The notes under the pieces are model-generated. The model was not told the origin of the DNA. It ran no database searches and worked only from the letters and a program-made list of their open reading frames with translations. Positions 34,392 to 44,117 of a DNA stretch of 64,000 nucleotides are shown piece by piece; positions within the stretch are counted from its first letter, which is position 1, and each line of letters begins with the position of its first letter. A program made the translations under genes and the position numbers. This DNA comes from Clostridia bacterium (GTDB lineage Bacteria > Bacillota > Clostridia > Oscillospirales > Acutalibacteraceae), in assembly GCA_017544665.1 (NCBI GenBank), contig JAFYDS010000035.1, positions 1,478 through 65,477 of the forward strand. Direction: 5' to 3'.

Positions 34392-35357
34392 TCAATAGGT
34401 GAACGTCCAGTTCTGGGTGCTGTAGCCTTCAAAGCTCGCCGTGCCGGAAAGGAAGCCCATCTTTGCGCTGCCGTTGCCGTCCATCGGCAGGTGCAGCTGC
34501 AGCTGCCGGACGCGGTTCTGGCTGTCCACGGTCACAGTCACGGTGGAGCCCGGGTAGTGCATGTTGGCGTCGGTGATGGTTGCGCCGGGGACCTCCATGT
34601 CGGTCATCTTCAAATAGCCGATCGCCTGTGAGTTGTAGGTCGGGACCGGGTTGGCGATGGTGGAGGACTCTTCTTTCAGCTTGAGCGTGTAGGTCGTGAA
34701 AGCGCCGTCCTTTTTGGCGGACGCGGACGCAACGCCCGCTTCCGGCAGGGTGAACGCCGCGTCGGTGGGCGGGATCACCTGATTGGGCGCCACTTCGCCC
34801 TCGTCCTTGATCTCCTTGCCTTCGGCGTCGTGCCCGATCGCTTTGCCGTTCGTGAAGACATAGGTCACGGTCTTGTCGCCGATCTTCTTGCTGATCACGC
34901 TGTTCAGGATGCTGATGGCGGATTTTGCAGAGCAGTCCACGATCTGGATGGAGATCGTCTCCTGATTGCGCGCCGTCATGTTTTTGGTTCCCTTGAGCGT
35001 GTTGATCGCTTCAGTTGCGCGCTGTAAGATCTGCCGTTTGGAAAGAGAAGAGACGTCCTGTTCAGTGGCGGCGGTGCTCGGCGCCGTCGTCTGGTTGGCG
35101 GCGGTCAGCTCGCTGTCCGGATAGGTCGTGATCTCCGCGATCGCGTTGCCGATGCCCGTGATCGGCGTTTCGACTGTGGTCGGCGTATCGTCCGCCGCGG
35201 GGGCGGTCGTGTCAAGCGGCTGCGTTTGGGTGTTCACCTGTGCCGCCTGTTCCTTCTGGATCTCCTGCTTTTCATGGTAGGAGCCGAGCTCGAAGCCCAT
35301 CATAAACAGCCAGACCGCCAGAATGAGGGCAATGATCGCTTTGAATTCTTTTCGCAT
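34392..35357 (-). CDS. Hypothetical membrane-anchored extracytoplasmic protein
   Basis: Start at MRKEFK with GGAAAGGAAA RBS. One N-terminal TM helix, a Thr/Pro/Ala linker and a beta-rich C-terminal domain. No family recognised. Confidence 0.6.
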   Translation of the reverse strand: MRKEFKAIIALILAVWLFMMGFELGSYHEKQEIQKEQAAQVNTQTQPLDTTAPAADDTPTTVETPITGIGNAIAEITTYPDSELTAANQTTAPSTAATEQDVSSLSKRQILQRATEAINTLKGTKNMTARNQETISIQIVDCSAKSAISILNSVISKKIGDKTVTYVFTNGKAIGHDAEGKEIKDEGEVAPNQVIPPTDAAFTLPEAGVASASAKKDGAFTTYTLKLKEESSTIANPVPTYNSQAIGYLKMTDMEVPGATITDANMHYPGSTVTVTVDSQNRVRQLQLHLPMDGNGSAKMGFLSGTASFEGYSTQNWTFTY

Positions 35358-35477
35358 GGTTGGTTTCCTTTCCCGTCTGTGGATCGAAACAAATTGGATA
35401 TACACCTATAACATACTGAAAAACGACGGGTTTGTCAAGAGCAACCGCACAAAAAGATACGTCCTTTTTCTGCCGGA

Positions 35478-36572
35478 TCAGCCGCCTTTTGACAGTTCCT
35501 CCCCGAACAGCCGGTCCAACAGGCGGTCTGTGGCGCGGTTCAGCGCGTCGAAGTCGATCGCTTTCGTGTAGCAGCGCTCGAGCAGGTCGTGCGTTTCCTT
35601 CGCCTGCCGGAGCTGGCGGACGCTTTCGTCGATGAGCGACTGCGCGGTCTTTTGCTGGAACTGCAACCGCTGCCGGTGCCGCCGCACGGCGTCCGGCTGC
35701 AAAAAGCGGTTCGCGTGGAGTGTGCGCGCCGCGGGGAGGGCGGCGGTCTGCGCCGTCTTGCGCAAGAGCGCCAGCCGCTGCTGCGGGATCAGCAGCCCCA
35801 GCGGGTCGCCGTGCGGGTCCAGCGGATCGAGCAAGACCGTGTGGTCGTAGCCGTGCGCCGATGCGCGCGCCGCCATGCGCTGCAGCAGCATCCCTGCCGC
35901 CGGGGAGAACGGGTCGTCAAGCAGCGTGATCTCGGTCGCTGCGGCGCGGACCGTTTCGGGGTAGAAAACGACGCCCTGCGGCGTGATCCCGCTTAGAAAG
36001 CGACGCGTCGCCTTCCCGGGACGGCTCTTTTTGTTCGGCAGCAGCCGCATACACCAGCGCAGGGCGTAGCCGTTGAGCTTTTCTTCGAGAACGAGCGGCT
36101 GCAATAGCTGCAGCGACGCCTGCCGCAAGGCGCCTGCCGCCGCGAGATAGCGTGTGCTGCGGCGGTGACAGAGCGCCGTTTCAAGCGTGTGCTGCCGGAT
36201 GCGGTCCGCCTGCGCGCGCAGCGCCTGCGCGTCCCAGAACGCGCCGAGGTTGATGATGTTTTCGCACGCGCCCGGAAAGCGAGGTTCAACGACGTGCGGC
36301 GCGGTCCCGTCGCAGACGAACAGCCGCAGCGCCGGTACGAGGACGGCGTCGAGACTGTCGGGGTCGCTGCTGCAGTGGACGCATTCGGCGTCAAGCCCGT
36401 GCGCTCTGGCCCGTTCGGCGATCCGCTTCATCAGCGTGGATTTGCCGCAGCCGGGGCCGCCTTTGATGATGTGTACGTTATGGTCGCGGTAGGGGTCGTA
36501 CAGCTCGCCGAACAGAGAGACGAAGCCGTTTGGCGTGTTCGCGCCGAGAAAGCTGTGCGTTTCAGTTGCCAT
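35478..36572 (-). CDS. Uncharacterised P-loop ATPase conserved in Firmicutes
   Basis: 'HIIKGGPGCGKSTLMKRI' Walker A, 'VHCSSDPDSLDAV', 'DGTAPHVVEP'. Start at MATETH with GGAGG RBS. Confidence 0.7.
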   Translation of the reverse strand: MATETHSFLGANTPNGFVSLFGELYDPYRDHNVHIIKGGPGCGKSTLMKRIAERARAHGLDAECVHCSSDPDSLDAVLVPALRLFVCDGTAPHVVEPRFPGACENIINLGAFWDAQALRAQADRIRQHTLETALCHRRSTRYLAAAGALRQASLQLLQPLVLEEKLNGYALRWCMRLLPNKKSRPGKATRRFLSGITPQGVVFYPETVRAAATEITLLDDPFSPAAGMLLQRMAARASAHGYDHTVLLDPLDPHGDPLGLLIPQQRLALLRKTAQTAALPAARTLHANRFLQPDAVRRHRQRLQFQQKTAQSLIDESVRQLRQAKETHDLLERCYTKAIDFDALNRATDRLLDRLFGEELSKGG

Positions 36573-36754
36573 AGAAAGCCTCCAGTCGGGGGCGGCCTTC
36601 GCGCGGCGTTTTGCCGCGGACCGCACCTTGTTTTGCTTTATCCTATTCGCTTTGACAATAGATTGTCACAAATATTTTACAGAAAGTTCGCCCGGCGGGG
36701 CTACCAATCTGCCGCCGGGTGTTGTATAATATTCCCATACTGGAGGGATGTACC

Positions 36755-38242
36755 ATGATCGACCTGCAAATCAAACAACTGGTCGCCTATGCGGTCAAAA
36801 GCGAACTGATCGACGCGCTGGACGCCCGCTGGGCGGTCAACCGGCTGCTGGAGGTCCTTTCGCTCGACGCGATCGAAGACGGCCCGCTGCCCGAAACGGT
36901 CCCGTCGCTCGAAGAGATCCTCGCTCCGCTGCTGGACGACGCCGTCAAGCGCGGGCTGATTGCGGACAGCACCACGAGCCGCGATTTGTTCGACACGAAG
37001 CTGATGGGCGCGCTGACGCCGCCGCCGTCCGCCGTGATCAAAAAGTTCTATGATCTTTACAAAGAGTCGCCCGAAGCGGCAACAGACTTCTTCTACCGCT
37101 TCAGCCGCGACACGGACTATATCCGCCGCTATCGCGTGAAGAAGGACCTCAAGTGGAAGACCGAAACGCCCTACGGCGAGCTCGATATCACGGTCAACCT
37201 TTCCAAACCGGAAAAGAGCCCCGAGGAGATCGCCGCGGCGAAGAAGGCGAAGCAGGGCGGTTATCCGAAATGTCTGCTCTGTCCCGAGAACGAGGGCTAC
37301 GCCGGCCGGGTGAATCACCCCGCACGGCAAAACCACCGTGTGATCCCGATCACCGTGGACGGCTGCGACTGGGGCTTCCAGTATTCGCCCTACGTCTATT
37401 ACAACGAGCACTGCATCGTGTTCAACACGCAGCACATCCCGATGAAGATCGACCGCGGCGCGTTCAACAAGCTCCTTGATTTCATCGAACTGTTCCCGCA
37501 CTACTTCGTCGGCTCCAACGCCGATCTGCCGATCGTCGGCGGCTCGATTTTGACCCATGAGCATTTTCAGGGCGGCCGCTACGAGTTCGCGATGGCGAAG
37601 GCGCCGGTCGAAACGCCGTTCACCGTTCCGGGCTTCGACGCCGTTGATTGCGGCGTCGTGCGCTGGCCGATGTCCGTCATCCGGCTGACGTCCGCCGATC
37701 GCGCGCAGCTCGTCGATCTCGCCGACCGGATCCTCGGCAAGTGGAGAAGCTACACCGACGAAGCGGCGTTCGTCTTCAGCGAGACCGACGGCGAACCGCA
37801 CAACACGATCACGCCGATCGCCCGGATGCGGAACGGCAAGTATGAGCTGGATCTCGTTTTGCGCAACAACATCACGACCGAAGAACACCCGCTCGGCGTC
37901 TTCCATCCGCACGCGGAACTGCACCACATCAAGAAGGAGAACATCGGTCTGATCGAGGTCATGGGCCTCGCCGTTCTGCCCGCCCGGCTCAAGACGGAGC
38001 TGGCGGCGCTGGGTGAAGCGATCCTCGCCGGCGCGGATATCACCGCCGATCCCGTTCTCGCCAAGCACGCGGACTGGGTCGCGTCCTTCCGCGGCAATTA
38101 CAAGATCACGCCGGACAATGTGGATGAGATCTTGAAAAAAGAAGTCGGAAAGGTATTTGCCGAAGTGCTCGAGCACGCCGGCGTATTCAAACGAGATGCG
38201 GGCGGCAAAGCCGCTTTTGCAAGATTCATTGCAACCATTTGA
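36755..38242 (+). CDS. galT: UDP-glucose--hexose-1-phosphate uridylyltransferase (type 2, Firmicutes-type)
   Basis: About 495 aa with 'GGSILTHEHFQGG'. GGAGGG RBS, start at MIDLQIK. Confidence 0.9.
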   Translation: MIDLQIKQLVAYAVKSELIDALDARWAVNRLLEVLSLDAIEDGPLPETVPSLEEILAPLLDDAVKRGLIADSTTSRDLFDTKLMGALTPPPSAVIKKFYDLYKESPEAATDFFYRFSRDTDYIRRYRVKKDLKWKTETPYGELDITVNLSKPEKSPEEIAAAKKAKQGGYPKCLLCPENEGYAGRVNHPARQNHRVIPITVDGCDWGFQYSPYVYYNEHCIVFNTQHIPMKIDRGAFNKLLDFIELFPHYFVGSNADLPIVGGSILTHEHFQGGRYEFAMAKAPVETPFTVPGFDAVDCGVVRWPMSVIRLTSADRAQLVDLADRILGKWRSYTDEAAFVFSETDGEPHNTITPIARMRNGKYELDLVLRNNITTEEHPLGVFHPHAELHHIKKENIGLIEVMGLAVLPARLKTELAALGEAILAGADITADPVLAKHADWVASFRGNYKITPDNVDEILKKEVGKVFAEVLEHAGVFKRDAGGKAAFARFIATI

Positions 38243-38258
38243 GAAAGGAGCTTTTTCC

Positions 38259-40334
38259 ATGAAAACCAAAATGACGACACGCCTGCTTGCCGTTCTGATG
38301 GCGATGATGATGCTTTGCTCCGCGGCGCCTGCCGCGATGCTGACCTTCGCGGCCTCCACGCAGACGACTGCGAGCGCAACGTCCGCCAAGAAGCTTTCCA
38401 AGGCGAAGATCACCTACACCAAAACGCTGACCTATACCGGCAAAGCGAGAAAGCCGAAGGTCACCGTCAAATACGGCAAAAAGACGCTGAAAAAGGGCAC
38501 GGACTACACCGTGACCTATAAAAACAACACAGAAGTCGGTATCGCGAAGATCACGATCAAGGCGAAGAAGGGTTCCGCCTTCACCGGCAGCAAGACCGTG
38601 AAGTTCAAGATCCTTCCGGGCAACATCAAGGGCGTGACTGCCGCGAAGGTGAAGACGACCGCCGTCAAGCTGACCTGGAACGCCGTCAAGGGCGCTACGG
38701 GTTATATCGTCTATTTCTACAACGCCAAGACCGGCGCCTATGAAAAGATCAAGGCGACGAAGAAGCTTTCGCTGGCCGTGAGAGGGCTGACCGCGGATAC
38801 GCTGTACCGCTTCAGTCTGCGCGCCTACACGAAAGCCGACAAGAAGTATTACAGCAACTATACCAAGGCGCTGAAAGTGCGGACGGCTGCCGCGGCGGTA
38901 CCGGTCGATCCGACGGAACCGACCACCGCGCCGGTGACCCCGACCAACCCGACAAACCCGACGAGTCCGACCAATCCGACGGATCCCACGAATCCGACGG
39001 ATCCCACGAATCCGACAAATCCGACGAATCCAACCAACCCGACAGATCCGACCAATCCAACCAACCCAACGGATCCGACAAATCCGACGAATCCCACGAA
39101 CCCGACGAACCCGACGAATCCGACCAATCCCACGAACCCGACCAATCCGACGACGCCCGCTGTGACGGTCGCGAAGGTGACCGGGCTGCAGGCGAAGGCG
39201 GACGGCACAGACGTCTCCTTCACCTGGACCGCCGTGACGGGTGCGACCGGCTATGAGCTGGTGCAGTACGACGAAACGACGAAAGATTATATCATGGTCG
39301 CCCGTACCACCGAAGCCAAAGTGGCGCGGAAGGGTCTGGAAGAGGGTAAGACCTACCGCTTCGCCGTGCGCGCCTATGTAAAGGACGCCGACGGCAAGGA
39401 GATCTTCGGCGACTACTCCGACCAGAAGTCGGTGACGATCGAAGCGGCGCCGCCGGTGGAAGACATCACGCTGACGAAAGTGACCGGCGTAACGGCTTCG
39501 AAGACCGACGCCGTCGTTACCTTGAGCTGGACCGCCGTGGCGAACGCGACGGGCTACGAGGTCGCGACGCTGAGCGGCACGACCTACAACAAGGTGGCGG
39601 ACGCCACAAGCACGAGCGTGCAGCTGAAAACGCTGGAACGCCATAAGGAACTGAAGCTGGTCGTGCGCGCTATTGCGAAAGCCGGCACGAAAACCTTCTC
39701 CGGCGATTATTCCGATCCGGTCAGCGTGATCGTATATAACGCCGATTACTACGGCGCGGCGTTCAAATCCGGCACGTTCCGCATGACGACATATATGGAT
39801 ATGGACGATGGCGCCGGGGAACAGCCGGTCAATATGGCGTTCAAAAACGGAAACAGCGATATGTCTGCAACGATAGCGATGAGCGAATCAACGAAGCTCC
39901 CCGTGGAAATCCGTGTTTTGCATAACGGGAAAAAGATCTATTTGAAACTCGGCAGCGGATTAGCCTCCGCTTGGTTTGATGCGTCAGAAATGATGGAGGA
40001 AGGCGGAGAACTCGCCGATATGGGAAGCATGATGGATATGGAATCCACATTCGGAGGGCTCGATTTCGGCAACGGAACCAACGTCGTGATGTCCACGGAA
40101 ACCGTTGATGGCAAGACCTATGAGGTGGAGACCGTACAGACCGGCAGCAGAACGCATAAGATCTACACGATCAACAATGATCTGAAAATGATCAAGACAA
40201 CGGATTCCTACGGTACGCAGGTCATCAAGATCAGCAACTTCTCTACCAACGTGAGCGACGATCTGTTTACGGAACCGACGAATGCAGGCAATCTGAAAGA
40301 TCTGATGGATATGCTGAAGCTGCTTGGCGGCTAA
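38259..40334 (+). CDS. Secreted multi-domain surface protein: Ig-like repeat, fibronectin type III domains, PT(N/D) linker, unknown C-terminal domain
   Basis: Signal peptide MKTKMTTRLLAVLMAMMMLCSAAPA. 'YTGKARKPKVTVKYGKKTLKKGTDYTVTYKNN' Ig-like unit. Several 'W..V.GATGY.V' FN3-like units. Confidence 0.8.
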   Translation: MKTKMTTRLLAVLMAMMMLCSAAPAAMLTFAASTQTTASATSAKKLSKAKITYTKTLTYTGKARKPKVTVKYGKKTLKKGTDYTVTYKNNTEVGIAKITIKAKKGSAFTGSKTVKFKILPGNIKGVTAAKVKTTAVKLTWNAVKGATGYIVYFYNAKTGAYEKIKATKKLSLAVRGLTADTLYRFSLRAYTKADKKYYSNYTKALKVRTAAAAVPVDPTEPTTAPVTPTNPTNPTSPTNPTDPTNPTDPTNPTNPTNPTNPTDPTNPTNPTDPTNPTNPTNPTNPTNPTNPTNPTNPTTPAVTVAKVTGLQAKADGTDVSFTWTAVTGATGYELVQYDETTKDYIMVARTTEAKVARKGLEEGKTYRFAVRAYVKDADGKEIFGDYSDQKSVTIEAAPPVEDITLTKVTGVTASKTDAVVTLSWTAVANATGYEVATLSGTTYNKVADATSTSVQLKTLERHKELKLVVRAIAKAGTKTFSGDYSDPVSVIVYNADYYGAAFKSGTFRMTTYMDMDDGAGEQPVNMAFKNGNSDMSATIAMSESTKLPVEIRVLHNGKKIYLKLGSGLASAWFDASEMMEEGGELADMGSMMDMESTFGGLDFGNGTNVVMSTETVDGKTYEVETVQTGSRTHKIYTINNDLKMIKTTDSYGTQVIKISNFSTNVSDDLFTEPTNAGNLKDLMDMLKLLGG
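38938..39150 (+). repeat. In-frame 9-bp tandem repeats (ccgacNaaYcc) encoding (PTN/PTD)n linker
   Basis: Encodes PTNPTNPTSPTNPTDPTNPTDPTNPTNPTNPTNPTDPTNPTNPTDPTNPTNPTNPTNPTNPTNPTNPTNPTTP. Confidence 0.9.
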
Positions 40335-40351
40335 AACGAAACACAACATAA

Positions 40352-40389
40352 AACGGCTTCGAACCACAGCGGTTCGAAGCCGTTCTTTT
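40352..40389. terminator. Bidirectional intrinsic terminator
   Basis: aacggcttcgaacc-acagc-ggttcgaagccgtt followed by ctttt. Confidence 0.8.
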
Positions 40390-40400
40390 ATGCTTTTCGT

Positions 40401-40943
40401 TCAGTCCTGTTCACAGCGGACCGTGACTTCACCCGCGAAGTCCGCTTTGGCTCCCTGCGCCTCCACCGTCTTTTCCTCTCCGGCGAACAGCGAAAAACCG
40501 TTTTCCGAAAACGTGCAGCCATCGCAGGAGAGCACGACGCGCGGTGCAAAACGGGCGGCGCGGACCGTGACGCAGACACGTCCGGCGCGCAGGAACACCG
40601 CCGTTTCCAGCTGCGGGTCATGCAGATGACGCCGCCGGAGCTTTTCGCTTTTCCAATAGGCGCGGTGCAGCTCCGTGCCCGCGTCGTCATACAGAAACAG
40701 CCGCAGCAGTTCCTTCTTTTCGCGGAGCTCGCGCCGGTCGAAGAAGATCAGCTGCGTTTCGCTGTGCGGCGGAGAAAAGACGCGGTCGGTCGTTTCGCCG
40801 CGGCGTACGCCGTCGGGCTGCTCGATCAGATAGCGCGCTGTGCCGGAAAAAGGCGCGTCCGTGTCGTTATGGAGAAAGACCGTAATCAGCCGGTCGTCTT
40901 CCCGCGCGGACAGGCGGACAGGGGACAAGGTTTCGGGGTGCAT
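40401..40943 (-). CDS. Stand-alone protein resembling the C-terminal Ig-fold domains of GH2 beta-mannosidases
   Basis: 'FSENGFSLFAGEEKTV' resembles the 'SDNFFDLLPGE' end motif of beta-mannosidases. Own RBS (GAGAGGA), 10 nt after the GH63-like stop. Confidence 0.5.
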   Translation of the reverse strand: MHPETLSPVRLSAREDDRLITVFLHNDTDAPFSGTARYLIEQPDGVRRGETTDRVFSPPHSETQLIFFDRRELREKKELLRLFLYDDAGTELHRAYWKSEKLRRRHLHDPQLETAVFLRAGRVCVTVRAARFAPRVVLSCDGCTFSENGFSLFAGEEKTVEAQGAKADFAGEVTVRCEQD

Positions 40944-40953
40944 GGCGGTCCTC

Positions 40954-42612
40954 TCAGCCGTCCTGCAGCATCAAAAGCGTGAAGCAGGCCGACCAGTTGA
41001 AATCGGTGATGGCGTGCATGCGGATCCGGTAATCCGGCACCTCCGGCTGCGGTCCCTTGCGGTTGAGACGCCACGGGGCGGTCTGATCCTCCGCGTCATA
41101 GAACTCGAAGACGTTGCCGGTCTCTTCGAACCAGCGGTTGACGCTCTTGAGCGTCCGGTCGAGGAGGGCCTGCGCTTCGTCGTCAAAACCGTAGCGCCGC
41201 AGACCGAGGATCGTGAAATAGTTGAAGTTGAGCCACACGCAGCCGCGCCACATATCCGCGCCGTAATCGGCGTGATCGCGCGAGATCGACGGCACCGGCA
41301 GGGGCGTCGCAAACGTTTTTTCGTCGTGCAGCAGAGAAACGAGCTTTGCCGCGCGCGCTTCGGTACAGACCCCGGCGAACAGGGGCAGGAACGAGCAGCA
41401 GCTCAAAACGCCGGTCAGCTGATCGCTGTGCGTCCGGTCGCAGTACGCGCCGATCGCGTCGTCCCACAGCAGTTCGTTGATCTTTTCCGCCATGTCGTCG
41501 GCGATGGTTTCGAACCGCGCGGCTTCTGTTTCCTTGCCGAGGATGCGGTAGATCTCCGCGAGGCACCGGCAGTCATGGACCATGAAGCACGAAGCGTCGA
41601 TCGCGTCGAGCGTTTCGGTGGTGTCGAAGCGGGGCGAGTTGTCCATCCCGCTTTCGTCGCAGCGGCAGCGGACGTTGGAAAAATCGGTCTTCCATTCGAG
41701 CAGACCGTTGTCGTTGAGGTCGCGGTTCCGGAGGAACCACAGCTCGAACGCGGCGATTTTTTCGGCGCAAAGGGCGAGAAAGTCTTTGTCGTTCGTTTTG
41801 CGATAGACCTCCAGCGCCGCCCATGCGAGCACCTGCGGCTGCGTGATATCGGAAACGTCGGTCGTGGTGCGCATCCGGTGGGGAATAAAGCCGTCCGCCG
41901 TCTGACACTGCAGCACGGCAAGCAGAGACTCCTTCGCCATCTGCGGGTCATACTGCGCGAAGGTGATCGCGTGGAACGCGGAGTCCCACAGCCACATATC
42001 CTTGTGCGGCAGGCGGTCGGGCGTCGTGAACCGGCAGTTGAAGCCGTCCTGCGGGCTGTAGACGTTGACACGGTTGACCGAAAGACACTTGTAATAGAGC
42101 GGTTCATACTGCGGTTTGCGGCAAAGCGGCTTCGCTTCGTAATACGCCAGCCGCTGCGCAAAGAGCACGTCGATATCGAGGGCGATCTTCTCTTCCGCCG
42201 CGGCGAGTGCGAGCGGCGCCGTCTTTTCGCGGCAAAACGCGAAGCGGTCGCCCCGGACCAGCAGCGCGTAGCAAAAGCCGTTCGCCTGTAATAGCTGGGC
42301 GCTGCGGCGCGTCTGGATCGCGCAGCGCACGGCGGTCGAGACCTGCACGCGGCAGGTCGTTTTGCCGATCACGGTCGTTTTATCCGCGAAGACGAGGAGC
42401 AGCTCGTCGCTTTGCAGCGCGTCCGAGAGCACCGTCTGCATATCGGCGCTTTTGACATCGACCGAGAGGGTGACGGGGTTTTTGGCGTCGAACCGCACTG
42501 AAACCGGCTGATGCATCAGCATGCCAACGAAGTCGTCTTTGTGGAGGTTCTCGCCGTCGATGCCGCTGTACGCGAACAGCGAGCCGTAATTATAATGATT
42601 GGGGAGTCTCAT
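40954..42612 (-). CDS. GH63-like / MGH1-like (alpha/alpha)6-barrel glycoside hydrolase
   Basis: 'DMWLWDSAFHAI', 'DGFIPH', 'QPQVLAWAALEVY', 'LLEWK', 'ESGMDNSPRFD'. ATGA overlap with the transporter gene. Confidence 0.75.
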   Translation of the reverse strand: MRLPNHYNYGSLFAYSGIDGENLHKDDFVGMLMHQPVSVRFDAKNPVTLSVDVKSADMQTVLSDALQSDELLLVFADKTTVIGKTTCRVQVSTAVRCAIQTRRSAQLLQANGFCYALLVRGDRFAFCREKTAPLALAAAEEKIALDIDVLFAQRLAYYEAKPLCRKPQYEPLYYKCLSVNRVNVYSPQDGFNCRFTTPDRLPHKDMWLWDSAFHAITFAQYDPQMAKESLLAVLQCQTADGFIPHRMRTTTDVSDITQPQVLAWAALEVYRKTNDKDFLALCAEKIAAFELWFLRNRDLNDNGLLEWKTDFSNVRCRCDESGMDNSPRFDTTETLDAIDASCFMVHDCRCLAEIYRILGKETEAARFETIADDMAEKINELLWDDAIGAYCDRTHSDQLTGVLSCCSFLPLFAGVCTEARAAKLVSLLHDEKTFATPLPVPSISRDHADYGADMWRGCVWLNFNYFTILGLRRYGFDDEAQALLDRTLKSVNRWFEETGNVFEFYDAEDQTAPWRLNRKGPQPEVPDYRIRMHAITDFNWSACFTLLMLQDG

Positions 42613-44117
42613 GCAAGTTCACCTGCCGTTTCCGCCGTTTCTGCGGCGGCTCTCTTTTCTCTCATCTCGTTGAGTTCGACCATGATGCCGTCTCTTCTCT
42701 TGCCGGTGAAGCGGTCAAGCGAATACATGACCGCGGGCAGGAAGTTGCCGATCGCGCCGCAGAGGGCGACCACGAAGTAGATGCCCTTCAGCGTGGAGTT
42801 CGACTGGACGACCTTGATCGTGTTGCCGGCGGCGTCCTTCTTGCCGCTTTGGTAGCCGATGGCAAGGAGAGAGAGGTTCTTGACGTTGACGCGGATCAGC
42901 GTGTTCAGCCGGCCGACGATGCTTTGGACCGCGACGAGCATACCGTCGGAACGGATCGCTTCGCCGAGATACTTTTCGCTGTACCACTCCATGTAGTCCG
43001 TCGAGTCCGCGACGATGATCTTGCGCGAGGCCTCCATACCGGAGTTCGGCATACCGGAAAGACCGATCAGCACGCCGACGAGATAGCGCCATTTGCGCAC
43101 GCGGTTCAGATCGAACTTCGAACCGAACAGGGCGATCGCGGAATAGAACGCGGCGGAATAGAGGTGGCTGCCGACGAGCATCGACCGCGCGGATACGTGC
43201 GCGCCGACGATCGGGACGAGGAACAGACCGACATAGGAAAGCGAACCGCTGATCATGTCAATGATCGCCTTCATGCCGTAGTTGTCAAAGGTCTCGCGGT
43301 ACAGGTCGGGCAGCAGGTCGTAGGTGACCTTGCGGATCGTTTCGAACATCGAAGCGACCATCGCAATCATGAACGGCTTGTTGTGGAGAATCGCGGAGAT
43401 CTTCTTGCGGTTCCACGTGACCTTGGTCTCGCCATCCTTGGGCGAGACGTTGACTTTTTCGTTCAGGGTGTAATACGGCGCGTGCATGACGGAAACGCCG
43501 AGCAGACAGAAGAACAGCGCAACGAAGAAGTGGGCCCATTTCTGCTGTGTGATGTCGGAAAAGCGTTCCACCACGATCGGCAGCAGCCATCCGGGCAGCA
43601 TGGAACCCAACGTCGCCGCGAGGGAGGACAGGGTATAGAAATTCTTTCTGTCCTTTGGGTTCGTCGTCATGCGAAGCGAGATGGTCGTCATTGCCATATC
43701 GAAGAAGGCGTCAACCGATTCAAACAGAATGGTGAAGATGAACGCCCAGATCAGGTTGATCAGCGGGCTGCCCGACGGTACAACGAACAAAAGCAGGCTC
43801 GTCAGTGCAAACGGAATGGGCGCGATCCGCAAAATGGTCTTCGCGGTACTTTGCTTGCCGGGCGGGGTCGGTTTGTCGAGGATCGGACCGGCGATCGGCG
43901 GAATCAGGAAGGAGAAGATGGCCGACACGTTTTCCAGCAGGTTCAGCCGTCCCGCGTCGATCATCTGAAAGTCGCGGTTGAACTTGCTGGAATAGGTATA
44001 GACGCAGTCCTGACCCATGGTGTTGCCGAAGATGCCGCCGGAATACCCGAGCTGTTCCTTCACCGTGAAGGAAGGGTTGTTCTTGATCGCGAGGATGGTG
44101 TCTTTGATTTTAGACAT
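42609..44117 (-). CDS. MFS/GPH family glycoside:cation symporter
   Basis: 12-TM-type sequence. AAGGAGG RBS. Overlaps the upstream stop. Confidence 0.85.
   Translation of the reverse strand: MSKIKDTILAIKNNPSFTVKEQLGYSGGIFGNTMGQDCVYTYSSKFNRDFQMIDAGRLNLLENVSAIFSFLIPPIAGPILDKPTPPGKQSTAKTILRIAPIPFALTSLLLFVVPSGSPLINLIWAFIFTILFESVDAFFDMAMTTISLRMTTNPKDRKNFYTLSSLAATLGSMLPGWLLPIVVERFSDITQQKWAHFFVALFFCLLGVSVMHAPYYTLNEKVNVSPKDGETKVTWNRKKISAILHNKPFMIAMVASMFETIRKVTYDLLPDLYRETFDNYGMKAIIDMISGSLSYVGLFLVPIVGAHVSARSMLVGSHLYSAAFYSAIALFGSKFDLNRVRKWRYLVGVLIGLSGMPNSGMEASRKIIVADSTDYMEWYSEKYLGEAIRSDGMLVAVQSIVGRLNTLIRVNVKNLSLLAIGYQSGKKDAAGNTIKVVQSNSTLKGIYFVVALCGAIGNFLPAVMYSLDRFTGKRRDGIMVELNEMREKRAAAETAETAGELA

Noticed and set aside
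36701-38413. 570-aa minus-strand ORF
   Set aside because: Antisense to galT, which carries the diagnostic HEHFQGG motif.
38938-39150. CRISPR-like short repeats (also 63426..63794)
   Set aside because: The units are contiguous with no spacers, 9 bp or 123 bp long, in frame, and encode a PT(N/D) linker or Cys-repeat domains. No cas genes are present.
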